A stretch of DNA of 41,629 bases from Pseudomonadota bacterium (GCA_043767805.1 JAYUGC010000011.1:1-41629); one strand, 5' to 3'; positions 10,195-19,154 are shown, counted from the first letter of the stretch. Numbers and translations: made by a program. The notes: a model not told the origin generated them from the sequence alone.

Positions 10195-10244
10195 CTGCCC
10201 GTAATAGCAAACGCATGTCTAACCAAACAAAAAAAGGAATGAAA

Positions 10245-10586
10245 ATGAAACTATCTTGCAAACCAGCTCTAATGGCTATGTTCGCATTACTAATGTCCAC
10301 TCCTGCGTTAGCAGAAAAGAAATCCGCGGCTCCCGCGCCAAAGAAGGCAGCAACGGAAAGCGACCGCAAAATCGAAGACAATATGAATCAAGAAATGGCC
10401 GCCTGTATTAAGTCGGGTAAGTCATCCGAGGATTGCCACACCCAAATGGTTAATAGCGGTAAGCCCATGGGTAAAATGGGTGGAACGGGCCATGGCAAGA
10501 TGAAGACCGGGATGAAGAACCGCGGAATGAAAGGAAATATGCCGTCGGACATGAAAGGTATGGAGCAGAACACTCCAGGTGAGTGA
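10245..10586 (+). CDS. Exported Met-rich, 2-Cys-core small protein (paralog 3)
   Basis: Signal peptide ending ALA; EMAACIKSGKSSEDC; Met-rich tail; start uncertain (10191/10239/10245). Confidence 0.7.
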   Translation: MKLSCKPALMAMFALLMSTPALAEKKSAAPAPKKAATESDRKIEDNMNQEMAACIKSGKSSEDCHTQMVNSGKPMGKMGGTGHGKMKTGMKNRGMKGNMPSDMKGMEQNTPGE

Positions 10587-10637
10587 CCGCTAAACACCTA
10601 CTAGGAATAAAATAAATATTGAGAGGCGGTTCCAAGA

Positions 10638-11102
10638 ATGAAGAGGTATTTCAGCGTAGCATGCTTGTTGTTCGGGCTGATCGGCGGAGCTGGCAGTAGG
10701 GCTGAGTCGGCCGCCGCGCGGGCACCCAGCGGCAGTTGGGGTACCGCCACTCCGTATCATAGCCTTTACGAGAAAGGGATCCGTACTACCTTCGACGGGC
10801 GGGTCCTTCGGACCGAGGACGTAGTGCCGCTCCCGAACATGGAGCCGGGAGTTCAACTCCATCTCGAGGGCGACAACGGCGGGATCGACGTACACTTGGG
10901 GCCCAGATGGTTCGTCATGGAACGGGATCTGTTATTCACAAAGGGGGCGCCTATCGTTGTCGTCGGCATGACGATTCGTCTTAGAGGAAAACCCACGCTA
11001 ATCGCAGATGAAATCATATATGGGCACCGAAAGGACATCCTGCGAGACCCTTCGGGCGTTCCCGTCTGGACGAAGCCGGCAGGTACAAAGTTTCCCAAGT
11101 AA
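10638..11102 (+). CDS. Exported small beta-barrel (OB-fold-like) protein of the VHLGP-W family (resembles the MamS/MamX-type domain)
   Basis: Signal peptide; GVQLHL...IDVHLGPRWFV...G...LIADEI...LRDPSGVPVW pattern. Confidence 0.6.
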   Translation: MKRYFSVACLLFGLIGGAGSRAESAAARAPSGSWGTATPYHSLYEKGIRTTFDGRVLRTEDVVPLPNMEPGVQLHLEGDNGGIDVHLGPRWFVMERDLLFTKGAPIVVVGMTIRLRGKPTLIADEIIYGHRKDILRDPSGVPVWTKPAGTKFPK

Positions 11103-11207
11103 TCTTGATTCTCAGCTCACTGACACAGGCGGATGCCGAGCAGGCCCACCTTGGACGTGAAACAAAAGAGCTTGCCACCAATAAACAATCTCAAAAGGCT
11201 GGTCACT

Positions 11208-11660
11208 TCACATAGTGTCTCGGCTTATGAAGCATCCCGCTATCCAAACGCTAATCGGAGTTAGTAGCATCATCTGAAGTAGCGGAAGGGCAGAAAAATC
11301 GGTTCCCGGGACTCGGGGATTCGCGACCGTGTAATTCCATCTTCCCGTTGAGAGAGCGCGCGCCTCGATAGCTACCCCTGCAGCCAGAGCCAATCCAATC
11401 AAGACAACAAAATCCGACATTCGCCAACGGTCCAAAGACCAAAGCCAGCGTCCTTTTTTAAGAGCAAGCAAAGAGTAGAGAATCCAGGTGATGACGACAT
11501 CTCCAAGAGTCGCCATCACCATGGCCCAATGAGAGGGGGAAACGGTGCCGTGAACAAAATACTCTCCGCACTGCGCGTATTCCCACGCCAGGTGCAAAGA
11601 AATAGTAGCAAGCGTAAGGCTCGCCCCGTGCCTCCTAGCGATTTGTCCCACGCTTGTCAT
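11208..11660 (-). CDS. Four-TM membrane protein of unknown function
   Basis: Hydrophobic helices with motifs LHLAWEYAQ, ATLGD, IE..A...GRWNY and PLLQM; downstream of lipoprotein B. Confidence 0.7.
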   Translation of the reverse strand: MTSVGQIARRHGASLTLATISLHLAWEYAQCGEYFVHGTVSPSHWAMVMATLGDVVITWILYSLLALKKGRWLWSLDRWRMSDFVVLIGLALAAGVAIEARALSTGRWNYTVANPRVPGTDFSALPLLQMMLLTPISVWIAGCFISRDTM

Positions 11661-11701
11661 GGGTTCGAACCGAAGTGAGGGGGACGCCCGGTGCCCAAGT
11701 C

Positions 11702-12034
11702 CTATAGCCTCTCGACTATGGCACCCTCCTCAAACTTAACTCCGGAATCGACTTTTACGACCGAGTAATGCTCGTTCAAAAGCCTAGTGACCTCTCCCGT
11801 TCCAAGCCGGACTTTCTGACAGCTGCGACCCCGTCCTTCTCTTCCTCCCGTTCCAGTGCATTCGTTGCGAAATAGGGCTACCTTATCTCCCGGCTTCACT
11901 TCTGAGTTTCCGAGGCAAACATGAGCTTCCGTGTCGCTCGCCTTCATCGCTACGGATCCGCGCATAGTACTATGTGCCGCACAGCCACTGAGCAAAACAA
12001 CTCCGCCAAGCACAGCCATCATGATTCTATTCAT
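11702..12034 (-). CDS. Small lipoprotein of unknown function (paralog B)
   Basis: Lipobox LSGC; HSTMRGSVAMK...HVCLG...LNEHYSVV; AAGGA RBS. Confidence 0.8.
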   Translation of the reverse strand: MNRIMMAVLGGVVLLSGCAAHSTMRGSVAMKASDTEAHVCLGNSEVKPGDKVALFRNECTGTGGREGRGRSCQKVRLGTGEVTRLLNEHYSVVKVDSGVKFEEGAIVERL

Positions 12035-12079
12035 TTGCGATTCCTTTCAGGAAATAGATTCTAGTTGAGTAGTGATCTC

Positions 12080-12095
12080 TCCAAGAATCGTGCCG
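12080..12095 (-). promoter_or_regulatory. Putative sigma54-like promoter (imperfect -12)
   Basis: Minus strand CGGCACGATTCTTGGA: good -24 box, TTGG instead of TTGC; 45 nt upstream of the 12034 start. Confidence 0.4.
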
Positions 12096-12211
12096 AAGCA
12101 GCGGGCACAGGGTTAAGAACAATACCAAAAGCAAAAAGGGACGTACGGGACCACAGACAGCGGTCATAGGACGTTTTGGCCCATGGGTCTCGTGTGGAAG
12201 AGCTAGAGATA

Positions 12212-12227
12212 CGGCACGTCTATTGCT
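12212..12227 (+). promoter_or_regulatory. Putative sigma54 promoter for the Cu-ATPase
   Basis: CGGCACGTCTATTGCT, near the consensus TGGCACG-N4-TTGCW. Confidence 0.6.
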
Positions 12228-12431
12228 TCGGTAACTAAAATAGACTTCCATTTCAGGGCAAACCCTCGATAGAAGAGACCGTTAAGAGACATAGGCGTCT
12301 CCGATCAGAGGTAACGAGGGAGACTTAGTCGGCGATCCCCGAAGAGGTAAATCTTAAGGGTGACATTATGTTCAGTTTCGGGCGCTCGAAGACCTAGCTC
12401 CTAAACGGATGACGACCTTGGAGGGTTCGGT

Positions 12432-14795
12432 ATGAGGAATGAATTACAGGCTGAAGGCCACCGCGGAAGTACCGCCCGGATCCAGGAGATAGAGACGGTA
12501 AAGGACCCGGTGTGCGCAATGTCCGTAGATCCCAGGACGAGTCGAACCCTCACCCATGCCGGAAGCATCCTCTATTTCTGCTCCGACCATTGCGTAACGA
12601 AGTTCAAAAGCGATCCGAAACAGTACCTTCACGACACCAGTGCCCAGGCTAAGAAGGAGCCCATTGATCAGGAAGCCATTTATACCTGCCCGATGCACCC
12701 GGAGATCCGCCAGAAGGGACCAGGGGCCTGCCCGAAGTGCGGGATGGCTCTCGAACCAGTGGAAGCTCAGATTGAAGAAGGGCCAAACACAGAACTTTTG
12801 GATATGACGAAAAGGCTCAAGTGGGCCACCGCCTTTACAGTTCCCCTTCTCCTTCTCACCATGGGGGAGATGACTGGTCTTCCCCTCCACCGCTGGGTTT
12901 CGGGCACCCTACTGAACTGGACTCAGCTACTTCTGGCAGCACCGGTTGTGATCTGGGCCGCCCTTCCCCTTTTCGTTCGAGGTTACCAGTCATTCCGCTC
13001 GCGGAACCTCAATATGTTCTCTCTCATTGCCCTCGGAACCGGAGCGGCCTTTGTCTACAGCGTTATTGCAACTCTCTTTCCCCAGGTGTTCCCCACTTCA
13101 TTTCGAAGTCCTCATTCGGGGGCGGTAGGAGTGTACTTCGAGGCCGCGGCCGTCATAGTGGCCTTGGTCCTCCTGGGCCAGGTACTAGAGCTTCGCGCTC
13201 GCGGGCAAACGAACGGAGCTATCCGCGCGCTCTTGGGACTCGCTCCAAAGACCGCGAGAATCCTCCGACCCGATGGAAAAGAAGAGGACATCGACCTGGG
13301 ACAAATTCACCCTGGAGACCGACTGCGAGTTCGGCCGGGCGAGAAAATCCCCGTGGACGGAGTCGTACTTGAGGGAAAAAGCGCAGTCGATGAGTCGATG
13401 ATTACCGGAGAACCAATACCCATCGAGAAGCTGCCTGGAGGCTCGGTCATCGGTGGAACGGTGAACGCTACTGGCGGGTTTATCATGGAAGCTAAGCGCG
13501 TTGGATCGGAGACCGTCCTCCAGCAGATTGTAAAAATGGTGAGCGAGGCGCAAAGAAGCAGAGCCCCCATTCAGCGCCTGGCCGATCGGGTATCGACCTA
13601 CTTTGTGCCCGCCGTCATTCTCATTGCCATCGCCACAGCGATAGTTTGGGGGATTTGGGGACCGAGTCCCGCGCTGTCCTTTGCTTTGGTTAACGCGGTC
13701 TCTGTTCTCATTGTCGCCTGCCCATGCGCACTGGGACTCGCCACTCCAATGTCGATCATGGTGGGTACCGGAAAGGGCGCTCAGAACGGCGTCCTAATTA
13801 AGAATGCCGAGGCACTCGAACTTTTTGAAAAAGTGGATCTCCTTGTCGTCGATAAGACTGGCACTCTGACGGAAGGCAAACCCCGATTGGTCTCAGTGGT
13901 TCCGGCGCTCGGATTCACCGAGGAACGTCTACTGAGTTCTACCGCCGCTCTCGAAAAGGGAAGCGAACACCCCCTTGCAGCCGCAATACTCGAAGGCGCG
14001 AAGGCTCGAGGCGTAGTAGTCCCATCCGACGTTCAGGATTTTCAATCCTTGACTGGCCTAGGTATCAAGGGACGAGTGGCTGGCGAATGGATTGCCATCG
14101 GCAATCAAGAGTTCCTTCAGAAGTCCGGATTTGAAGTGCCTCCTTCCCTTGCCGAGCGAGCCGAAGCGAACCGAAGCGAAGGGCAGACGGTCATGTTCGT
14201 GGCAATTGGAGAAAAAGCGGCGGGATTCGTAGGGGTAGCCGACCCAATCAAGGAAACTACTCTTTCCACGATTCAGGAACTTCAGGCGACGGGAGTTAGA
14301 GTCGTCATGGTAACGGGCGATCATGAAAGCACGGCGAAAGCTGTCGGAAAGCAACTTGGCATCACAGAAATTAGAGCAAGTGTGAAACCCGAAGAAAAGA
14401 TCAAAGCAGTCCGAGAGTTTCAGTCACAGGGGCACACGGTGGCCATGGCGGGAGACGGCGTGAACGATGCGCCTGCCCTTGCCCAGGCCAATGTTGGAAT
14501 TGCCATGGGCCATGGAACCGACGTCGCAATGCAAAGCGCCGCTATCACTCTCATCAAAGGGGATCTGAGAGGGATTCTGAAAGCTCGGAAGCTGAGCCAG
14601 TCAACCATGCGCAACATTCGGCAGAATCTCTTTTTCGCTTTCGTCTATAACGCTCTTGGCGTACCGGTCGCGGCCGGGGCTCTCTACCCGTTCTTAGGAA
14701 TCCTCCTAAGCCCGATGGTTGCCAGCGCGGCCATGGCGCTAAGCTCGGTCTCGGTAATCGCCAATTCCCTAAGGCTAAGGAAACTCGCCCTGTAG
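12432..14795 (+). CDS. Copper-translocating P1B-type ATPase with N-terminal YHS and heavy-metal-binding (YTCPMHP) domains
   Basis: [55 protein letters not shown]. Confidence 0.96.
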   Translation: MRNELQAEGHRGSTARIQEIETVKDPVCAMSVDPRTSRTLTHAGSILYFCSDHCVTKFKSDPKQYLHDTSAQAKKEPIDQEAIYTCPMHPEIRQKGPGACPKCGMALEPVEAQIEEGPNTELLDMTKRLKWATAFTVPLLLLTMGEMTGLPLHRWVSGTLLNWTQLLLAAPVVIWAALPLFVRGYQSFRSRNLNMFSLIALGTGAAFVYSVIATLFPQVFPTSFRSPHSGAVGVYFEAAAVIVALVLLGQVLELRARGQTNGAIRALLGLAPKTARILRPDGKEEDIDLGQIHPGDRLRVRPGEKIPVDGVVLEGKSAVDESMITGEPIPIEKLPGGSVIGGTVNATGGFIMEAKRVGSETVLQQIVKMVSEAQRSRAPIQRLADRVSTYFVPAVILIAIATAIVWGIWGPSPALSFALVNAVSVLIVACPCALGLATPMSIMVGTGKGAQNGVLIKNAEALELFEKVDLLVVDKTGTLTEGKPRLVSVVPALGFTEERLLSSTAALEKGSEHPLAAAILEGAKARGVVVPSDVQDFQSLTGLGIKGRVAGEWIAIGNQEFLQKSGFEVPPSLAERAEANRSEGQTVMFVAIGEKAAGFVGVADPIKETTLSTIQELQATGVRVVMVTGDHESTAKAVGKQLGITEIRASVKPEEKIKAVREFQSQGHTVAMAGDGVNDAPALAQANVGIAMGHGTDVAMQSAAITLIKGDLRGILKARKLSQSTMRNIRQNLFFAFVYNALGVPVAAGALYPFLGILLSPMVASAAMALSSVSVIANSLRLRKLAL

Positions 14796-14956
14796 AAGGA
14801 GTCTCGGCGGTCCAAAAAGCTAGGAGGCTCGACCGCGCTGATGAGAATGTCGCATTTGTGATGCGTTCGAGCGATACAGGGCTCGCTCGAAACATCGACC
14901 AAGCCTCAACTCGGGATTTCAGGCTGAGAATAGGTTCCGCCGCCCTTTCCTGGAAA

Positions 14957-14972
14957 TGGCACGACGGATGCA
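14957..14972 (+). promoter_or_regulatory. Putative sigma54 promoter
   Basis: TGGCACGACGGATGCA (GG-N10-GC), ~100 nt upstream of ATG 15070. Confidence 0.55.
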
Positions 14973-15069
14973 TTCTTTATGGAATTGAACTACTAGTGTG
15001 CAAAAAGGGGTAGGGCCTAGCACCACCTACTATTTTAAAGCGTCGCCCAAATTTTTTGGAGAGACCAAT

Positions 15070-15630
15070 ATGCGATATTTGATTTTCGTTTTACTGGCGT
15101 TAGTTGGAACGGTCGCTTCAGCGGCTGCCAATGAGGAATTCTCGCCAACGGGAAGTTGGCAGTGTACTGCCCGAAGTACCGGCTTTGACAAGCATGGGGT
15201 CCACTACGGGAGTGGAACTAATCGATTCGATGCAAAAGACGATGTACTTGCAACGTGCCAGGCCTTTCACGTTGCAACGCAATGTGAACTGATGGGTTGC
15301 GGGACAAATACTGACAACGCTGGGAAAGCCGCGACCCTGCTGATGAGTGGGCCTGGTAAATATCTTGGATGCACGGTGGACGCTCAGCAATGTGGCATGC
15401 GTGCGACCCGTTACGGGTATTCTCACTACCATGCCGAGAGTTACTACGGGTGTGCCAATGCCTCTAAGTTCGGATGTTGGGGAGTTACTGCAGGAGCGAC
15501 CCTCGGGGCCGCTGGGGATGCTTCCTTTGAAGGCGACGCTAACGAAGATTGTGCCCGGTTTACCAAACAAATCCTTTGCGTCAGCTATAACGGCTGCTCG
15601 TGGGTAAATGGCCACTGTGTGAATGATTAA
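15070..15630 (+). CDS. Secreted cysteine-rich protein (12 Cys in three 4-Cys modules)
   Basis: GGAG RBS; MRYLIFVLLALVGTVASA signal peptide; Cys clusters separated by low-complexity linkers. Confidence 0.75.
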   Translation: MRYLIFVLLALVGTVASAAANEEFSPTGSWQCTARSTGFDKHGVHYGSGTNRFDAKDDVLATCQAFHVATQCELMGCGTNTDNAGKAATLLMSGPGKYLGCTVDAQQCGMRATRYGYSHYHAESYYGCANASKFGCWGVTAGATLGAAGDASFEGDANEDCARFTKQILCVSYNGCSWVNGHCVND

Positions 15631-15684
15631 CCCCGTCCTTTTGATTCAAAAGCCACTAGCAACAACCGCGAGAGGAGCCAGTTC

Positions 15685-15870
15685 ATGGAAAAATCGAAGT
15701 CCGTGACCAAAGACCCCATTTGTGGAATGACCGTTCAACCATCTACCGCCGTCCGTGCTGAGCAGAATGGAAAGACGTTCTACTTTTGTAGCGACCACTG
15801 TCGGCAAGCGTTTGTGTCCACGCCCGCCGGTGCAAAGCCGGAGAAAAAAGCCGGCGGTTGTTGTGGCTAA
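15685..15870 (+). CDS. Stand-alone YHS-domain protein with C-terminal GGCCG
   Basis: KDPICGMTV...GKTFYFCSDHC...F; GAGGAG RBS. Confidence 0.85.
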   Translation: MEKSKSVTKDPICGMTVQPSTAVRAEQNGKTFYFCSDHCRQAFVSTPAGAKPEKKAGGCCG

Positions 15871-15887
15871 CACCCGCACATTGCACC

Positions 15888-16109
15888 ATGAACCGCAAAG
15901 TAACCGAGGAGGTCTTTGACCTGCTCGACCGCAGAAAAAATAGCTCAGCTCAGCCATGATCCTGGCCAGTAACCGCGTCGTTGAAATGGGGCGAGGTCTT
16001 TCCGGAGCCGGCTCTCGCTAACTGCACTATGGGCCGCAGGTTCGAAAACGCACACATCGCCGTCTTTAAGGGCAACTCCTATCTAACCAAGCCTCTACTT
16101 CAGCCCTAG
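15888..16109 (+). pseudogene. istB: Frameshifted C-terminal fragment of an IS21-family helper ATPase (IstB-like)
   Basis: Joining frames across two indels gives EEVFDLLDRRKNSSAMILASNRVVE/WGEVFPEPALANCTMGRRFENAHIAVFKGNSY. This matches the IstB pattern (F.li..Rye..s.I.tSN....W..vf.d...a.a..DRl.h.a......GeSY). Confidence 0.7.
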
Positions 16110-16112
16110 CAT

Positions 16113-17195
16113 TTACTTCTCTATAAAGACCTTTTTCTTGTCCTTATAGGCCTTGAAGGTTTGATCTAGAGTTTGGTGCCCTAGCCAAACCGATACTTCG
16201 GTGAACTTTCGTCCCTTCTTTAGCATCAGGTCAACGAAACCCTTCCGCCCGCCGTAACAAGTAACACCTTGCCCAAGATGTAAACGAACCGTCTTCACCA
16301 AAGGGCGTTTGAACTCACCAGAGTTGATAATTTCTAGAGCCTTGAGCTGTTCCTTGAAGAATAACGGGATGTACTTCCATCTCTTATCTCTGGGTATGCC
16401 CGACAGCTTGGATTGGTAGACTAGAAGTACCTTCATTCCATCCGTTTCTTCCATTGCCCACGTCTGCTTCTTCTTTAGTTCATCAATTTCATGTGGCCTG
16501 AGTCCAAGCCAAACGCTTATAAACAGCCAGTTGTAATGCTCAGCGGATAGGACGTTCTTCTTTGAAGTTAGGTTTTCCGGTGTCAGAGGAGCTGATTCTT
16601 TGGTCTGCTTACCTGAGTCCAAATAAGTATCACTAATGCGTTCTTGCTCAACGCCCCTAGGGGAGGGAATTGCCAGGTAGGCTTTGTCTACCTTCGCGCT
16701 CCACCACTTTCCGTAGAGGTTCAGAGTGAAGATGATTTTTTTGGTGTAGCTCAGGCTGTACTGCTTCTTCTGGCAGTACCTATAAACGAGTTTTGGGTTC
16801 TTACAGATAACCTCAATCCCCATCTTCAAATCGGCGATGCAACGTTTCGAGGCTTCCCAATACCTAGCAGCCGTGGAGTTCTCACCATCCCCAAAGGACT
16901 CCTGCTCGAACTCCGTGGTGAAGGCTTTTGGTAGGTATAGAAGAACAGCGTTTTCTGTTTCTTGGACCCTCACCTGAGCAACGTTTTTGGCCCGTTCAAT
17001 TCGCTTGTGGTGACTGTCTTTGTTCAAGGAACGTAGGACAGCTTTCGCCTGTTCGTAGTTCAAATTTGTACTCAAACCGAGTTGAGAATACTCGCTAGTT
17101 TTGACTGTACGTTGCTTCGTTTTATCGACGTGAAACACTCGCCAACTTCGCAAACCGTTCTTACGTTTTGCGGTTAAACCAATCTTGTAGCCCAT
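16113..17195 (-). CDS. Tyrosine recombinase/integrase (divergent)
   Basis: LGLRPHEI (catalytic Arg), YGGRK (HxxR position), WLGH, and C-terminal AY (catalytic Tyr); adjacent to the tRNA 3' end; AT-richer than its flanks; likely start 17195. Confidence 0.8.
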   Translation of the reverse strand: MGYKIGLTAKRKNGLRSWRVFHVDKTKQRTVKTSEYSQLGLSTNLNYEQAKAVLRSLNKDSHHKRIERAKNVAQVRVQETENAVLLYLPKAFTTEFEQESFGDGENSTAARYWEASKRCIADLKMGIEVICKNPKLVYRYCQKKQYSLSYTKKIIFTLNLYGKWWSAKVDKAYLAIPSPRGVEQERISDTYLDSGKQTKESAPLTPENLTSKKNVLSAEHYNWLFISVWLGLRPHEIDELKKKQTWAMEETDGMKVLLVYQSKLSGIPRDKRWKYIPLFFKEQLKALEIINSGEFKRPLVKTVRLHLGQGVTCYGGRKGFVDLMLKKGRKFTEVSVWLGHQTLDQTFKAYKDKKKVFIEK

Positions 17196-17324
17196 ACTCA
17201 GACACTCCCGAAACCTCTTCGGCATAATCGAAATTACGCATGAAAAAAGCTTCGACACAGTCGTCACAATGTGACGAACTTTGTTTAGTTAAGTGACTGA
17301 GTTTATTAGTTTTTTCCGGGGAAA

Positions 17325-17400
17325 TGGTGGACCGGATGGGGATCGAACCCACGACCTCCTCATTGCGAACGAGGCACTCTCCCAGCTGAGCTACCGGCCC
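17325..17400 (-). tRNA. tRNA-Ala (anticodon CGC)
   Basis: GGGCCGGTAGCTCAGCTGGGAGAGTGCCTCGTTCGCAATGAGGAGGTCGTGGGTTCGATCCCCATCCGGTCCACCA; 76 nt, G3:U70 pair, encoded CCA. Confidence 0.96.
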
Positions 17401-17520
17401 TTACTATCGGCTATTCGCCAAAGTATTCGGCAAGCTACCACCGGTCTTTTTGTAGGGCAATCGTTTAGGATCCCTAAATGCCCCTTGTTCCCACCCAGGC
17501 CCCTCCTCTATAAGAGTCCG

Positions 17521-18855
17521 ATGCCTAATGCCAATGAGCTGGGGCCCGAGTGGCTCGCCGAACGCTTCCGAAAAGCCTGCCGTAGCCCGGAAGCCCGCAA
17601 AATCGGTTTGGAAGTAGAGCGCATCGGTCTGTTCAAGGACGGTAAATCCCTCACTTATTCCGACAAGTCCGACCGACGTGGCGCCGCGACCCTCTTGTCC
17701 GAAATCGCCGCCCGCCATGGCTGGCAGGTCGGCAACAACGCCGAAGGCCGGCCTCTGTACCTGTCGGGACCCGTGGGCAAAGTCTCCCTGGAGCCCGGCA
17801 GCCAGCTCGAGCTCTCGGCTCAGCCGGACGGCAACTTAGTTTCTCTGTCCCGGACCATCGATACCTTCGAGCGCCAGGTGGATGAGATCACCTCCCCGTG
17901 GGGCCTCAAATGGATCTCGGTCGGCGTGAACCCCGTGGAAGCCGTGCCGGACGTGGAGCTCATTCCCTCCACGCGCTACCACATCATGACGCAATATCTG
18001 GGTAAGCGAGCCGCTCTCGGCACCAGCATGATGCGACTTACGAGTAGCGTGCAGATTAACCTCGATTACACTTCGGAAGCCGAAGCGGTCGAGATGCTCC
18101 GCGCGGCCCTCGCGCTGACTCCCGTGTCCTATGCCCTCTTTGGCAATTCGCCGATCTCCAAGCGAAAGGCTTCGGGAGAGCTCAGCTACCGGCAAAAGAT
18201 TTGGAAAGAAACCGATCCCGATCGTTCCGGCCTTTTGCCCGAAGCGTTTCAGCCTGGATTTGGTTTCGATGCTTACGCACGTATCGCGTGGACGCGGCCT
18301 TTGATGTTCGCTCAAGCGACCGACGGCTCCTACATTCCGGCCCACGGCAAATCTTTGGAAGAAATCGCGGCGGGCAAGCTTCCCGGCGCGACGCTGACGG
18401 AAGCCAATCTCACCAATTCCGTTCAAGAGCTCTTCTTCGAAGCTCGCTTGAAGCCCGGGTACGTGGAAATCCGATCGCTCGATGGCCAATCTCCCGAGCA
18501 TCGCTATGCCTGCTCGGCATTCTGGGTCGGTATTTTGTACCGCCCGGAAGCGCGCCGGCTCGCCCTCGATTTGCTCGGCGGCTTGACCGCCGAGGCGCGC
18601 GAGCGGCTTCGTGACGAGTGCGGCCGAGTCGGTCTCGCGGCCAAAGAGGGCGAGATTTCCATCAAGGAAGTCAGCCGCAAGCTTTGCGAAGTGGCGCGGG
18701 AAACCTTGGTGAACCGAGGCCGCGGCGAAGACAAATTGTTAGAGCCCCTCTACCGCATTCTCGAGACCGGAAAGAACCCGGGCCAGCTTCAGCTTGAAAA
18801 ATTCGAAGCCGAAGGCAGCCCCACGGATCCGGCGCGTATCGCCGCTCTCTCTTAA
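17521..18855 (+). CDS. gshA: Glutamate--cysteine ligase (GCS2 family, alphaproteobacterial/plant type)
   Basis: IGLEVE, SLEPGSQLELS, RYHIM..Y, MMRLTSSVQINLDY, LFGNSP, EARLK..VEIRSLD. Confidence 0.88.
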   Translation: MPNANELGPEWLAERFRKACRSPEARKIGLEVERIGLFKDGKSLTYSDKSDRRGAATLLSEIAARHGWQVGNNAEGRPLYLSGPVGKVSLEPGSQLELSAQPDGNLVSLSRTIDTFERQVDEITSPWGLKWISVGVNPVEAVPDVELIPSTRYHIMTQYLGKRAALGTSMMRLTSSVQINLDYTSEAEAVEMLRAALALTPVSYALFGNSPISKRKASGELSYRQKIWKETDPDRSGLLPEAFQPGFGFDAYARIAWTRPLMFAQATDGSYIPAHGKSLEEIAAGKLPGATLTEANLTNSVQELFFEARLKPGYVEIRSLDGQSPEHRYACSAFWVGILYRPEARRLALDLLGGLTAEARERLRDECGRVGLAAKEGEISIKEVSRKLCEVARETLVNRGRGEDKLLEPLYRILETGKNPGQLQLEKFEAEGSPTDPARIAALS

Positions 18856-19154
18856 AAGGTAGCGCCGTACCTTTAGGTAGTGATTCCGCTCGTGGTCTTG
18901 ATTCTCGTGGTTTGTGTCTCGCTCTGGAAGCGGGATCCTTCCTACGCGGATAAGTCCGGGCTCTCGCCGAGAACGGCGGGCATCGAGTTACCGAAGCTCC
19001 ATACGCCGTTTCCTCCCGAAGCCGAGCCCGCTAAATAGTGATTTCGGCTCAGCTCTCCCTCATTGTGAGACATTCCCCGCCTTTTCAAAGACATTGCTCT
19101 CACACGCGCTAGGTATCCTAAGCTCAAGAGTCTCGCCTCTTCCAGGACCTACCT

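Larger units (their letters stand above)
1..17324. mobile_element. Genomic island (copper resistance/redox cargo) integrated at the 3' end of tRNA-Ala(CGC); left boundary outside the window
   Basis: A tyrosine integrase lies immediately downstream of the tRNA 3' end, followed by an IS remnant and accessory metal-resistance cargo. Housekeeping-like genes begin on the other side of the tRNA. No duplicated tRNA 3' end (att) was seen inside the window. Confidence 0.75.

Noticed and set aside
12027..12251. 74-aa minus-strand ORF
   Set aside because: It overlaps the divergent promoter region and has no recognisable features.
12254..12300. CAGGGCAAACC resembling the start of a c-di-GMP-I riboswitch
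   Set aside because: The P2 stem does not pair, and the GAAA tetraloop and GACGCAAAG elements are missing.
17293..17520. N-terminal extension of the 520-aa ORF
   Set aside because: It runs antisense through the tRNA-Ala gene. GshA similarity begins after ATG 17521.
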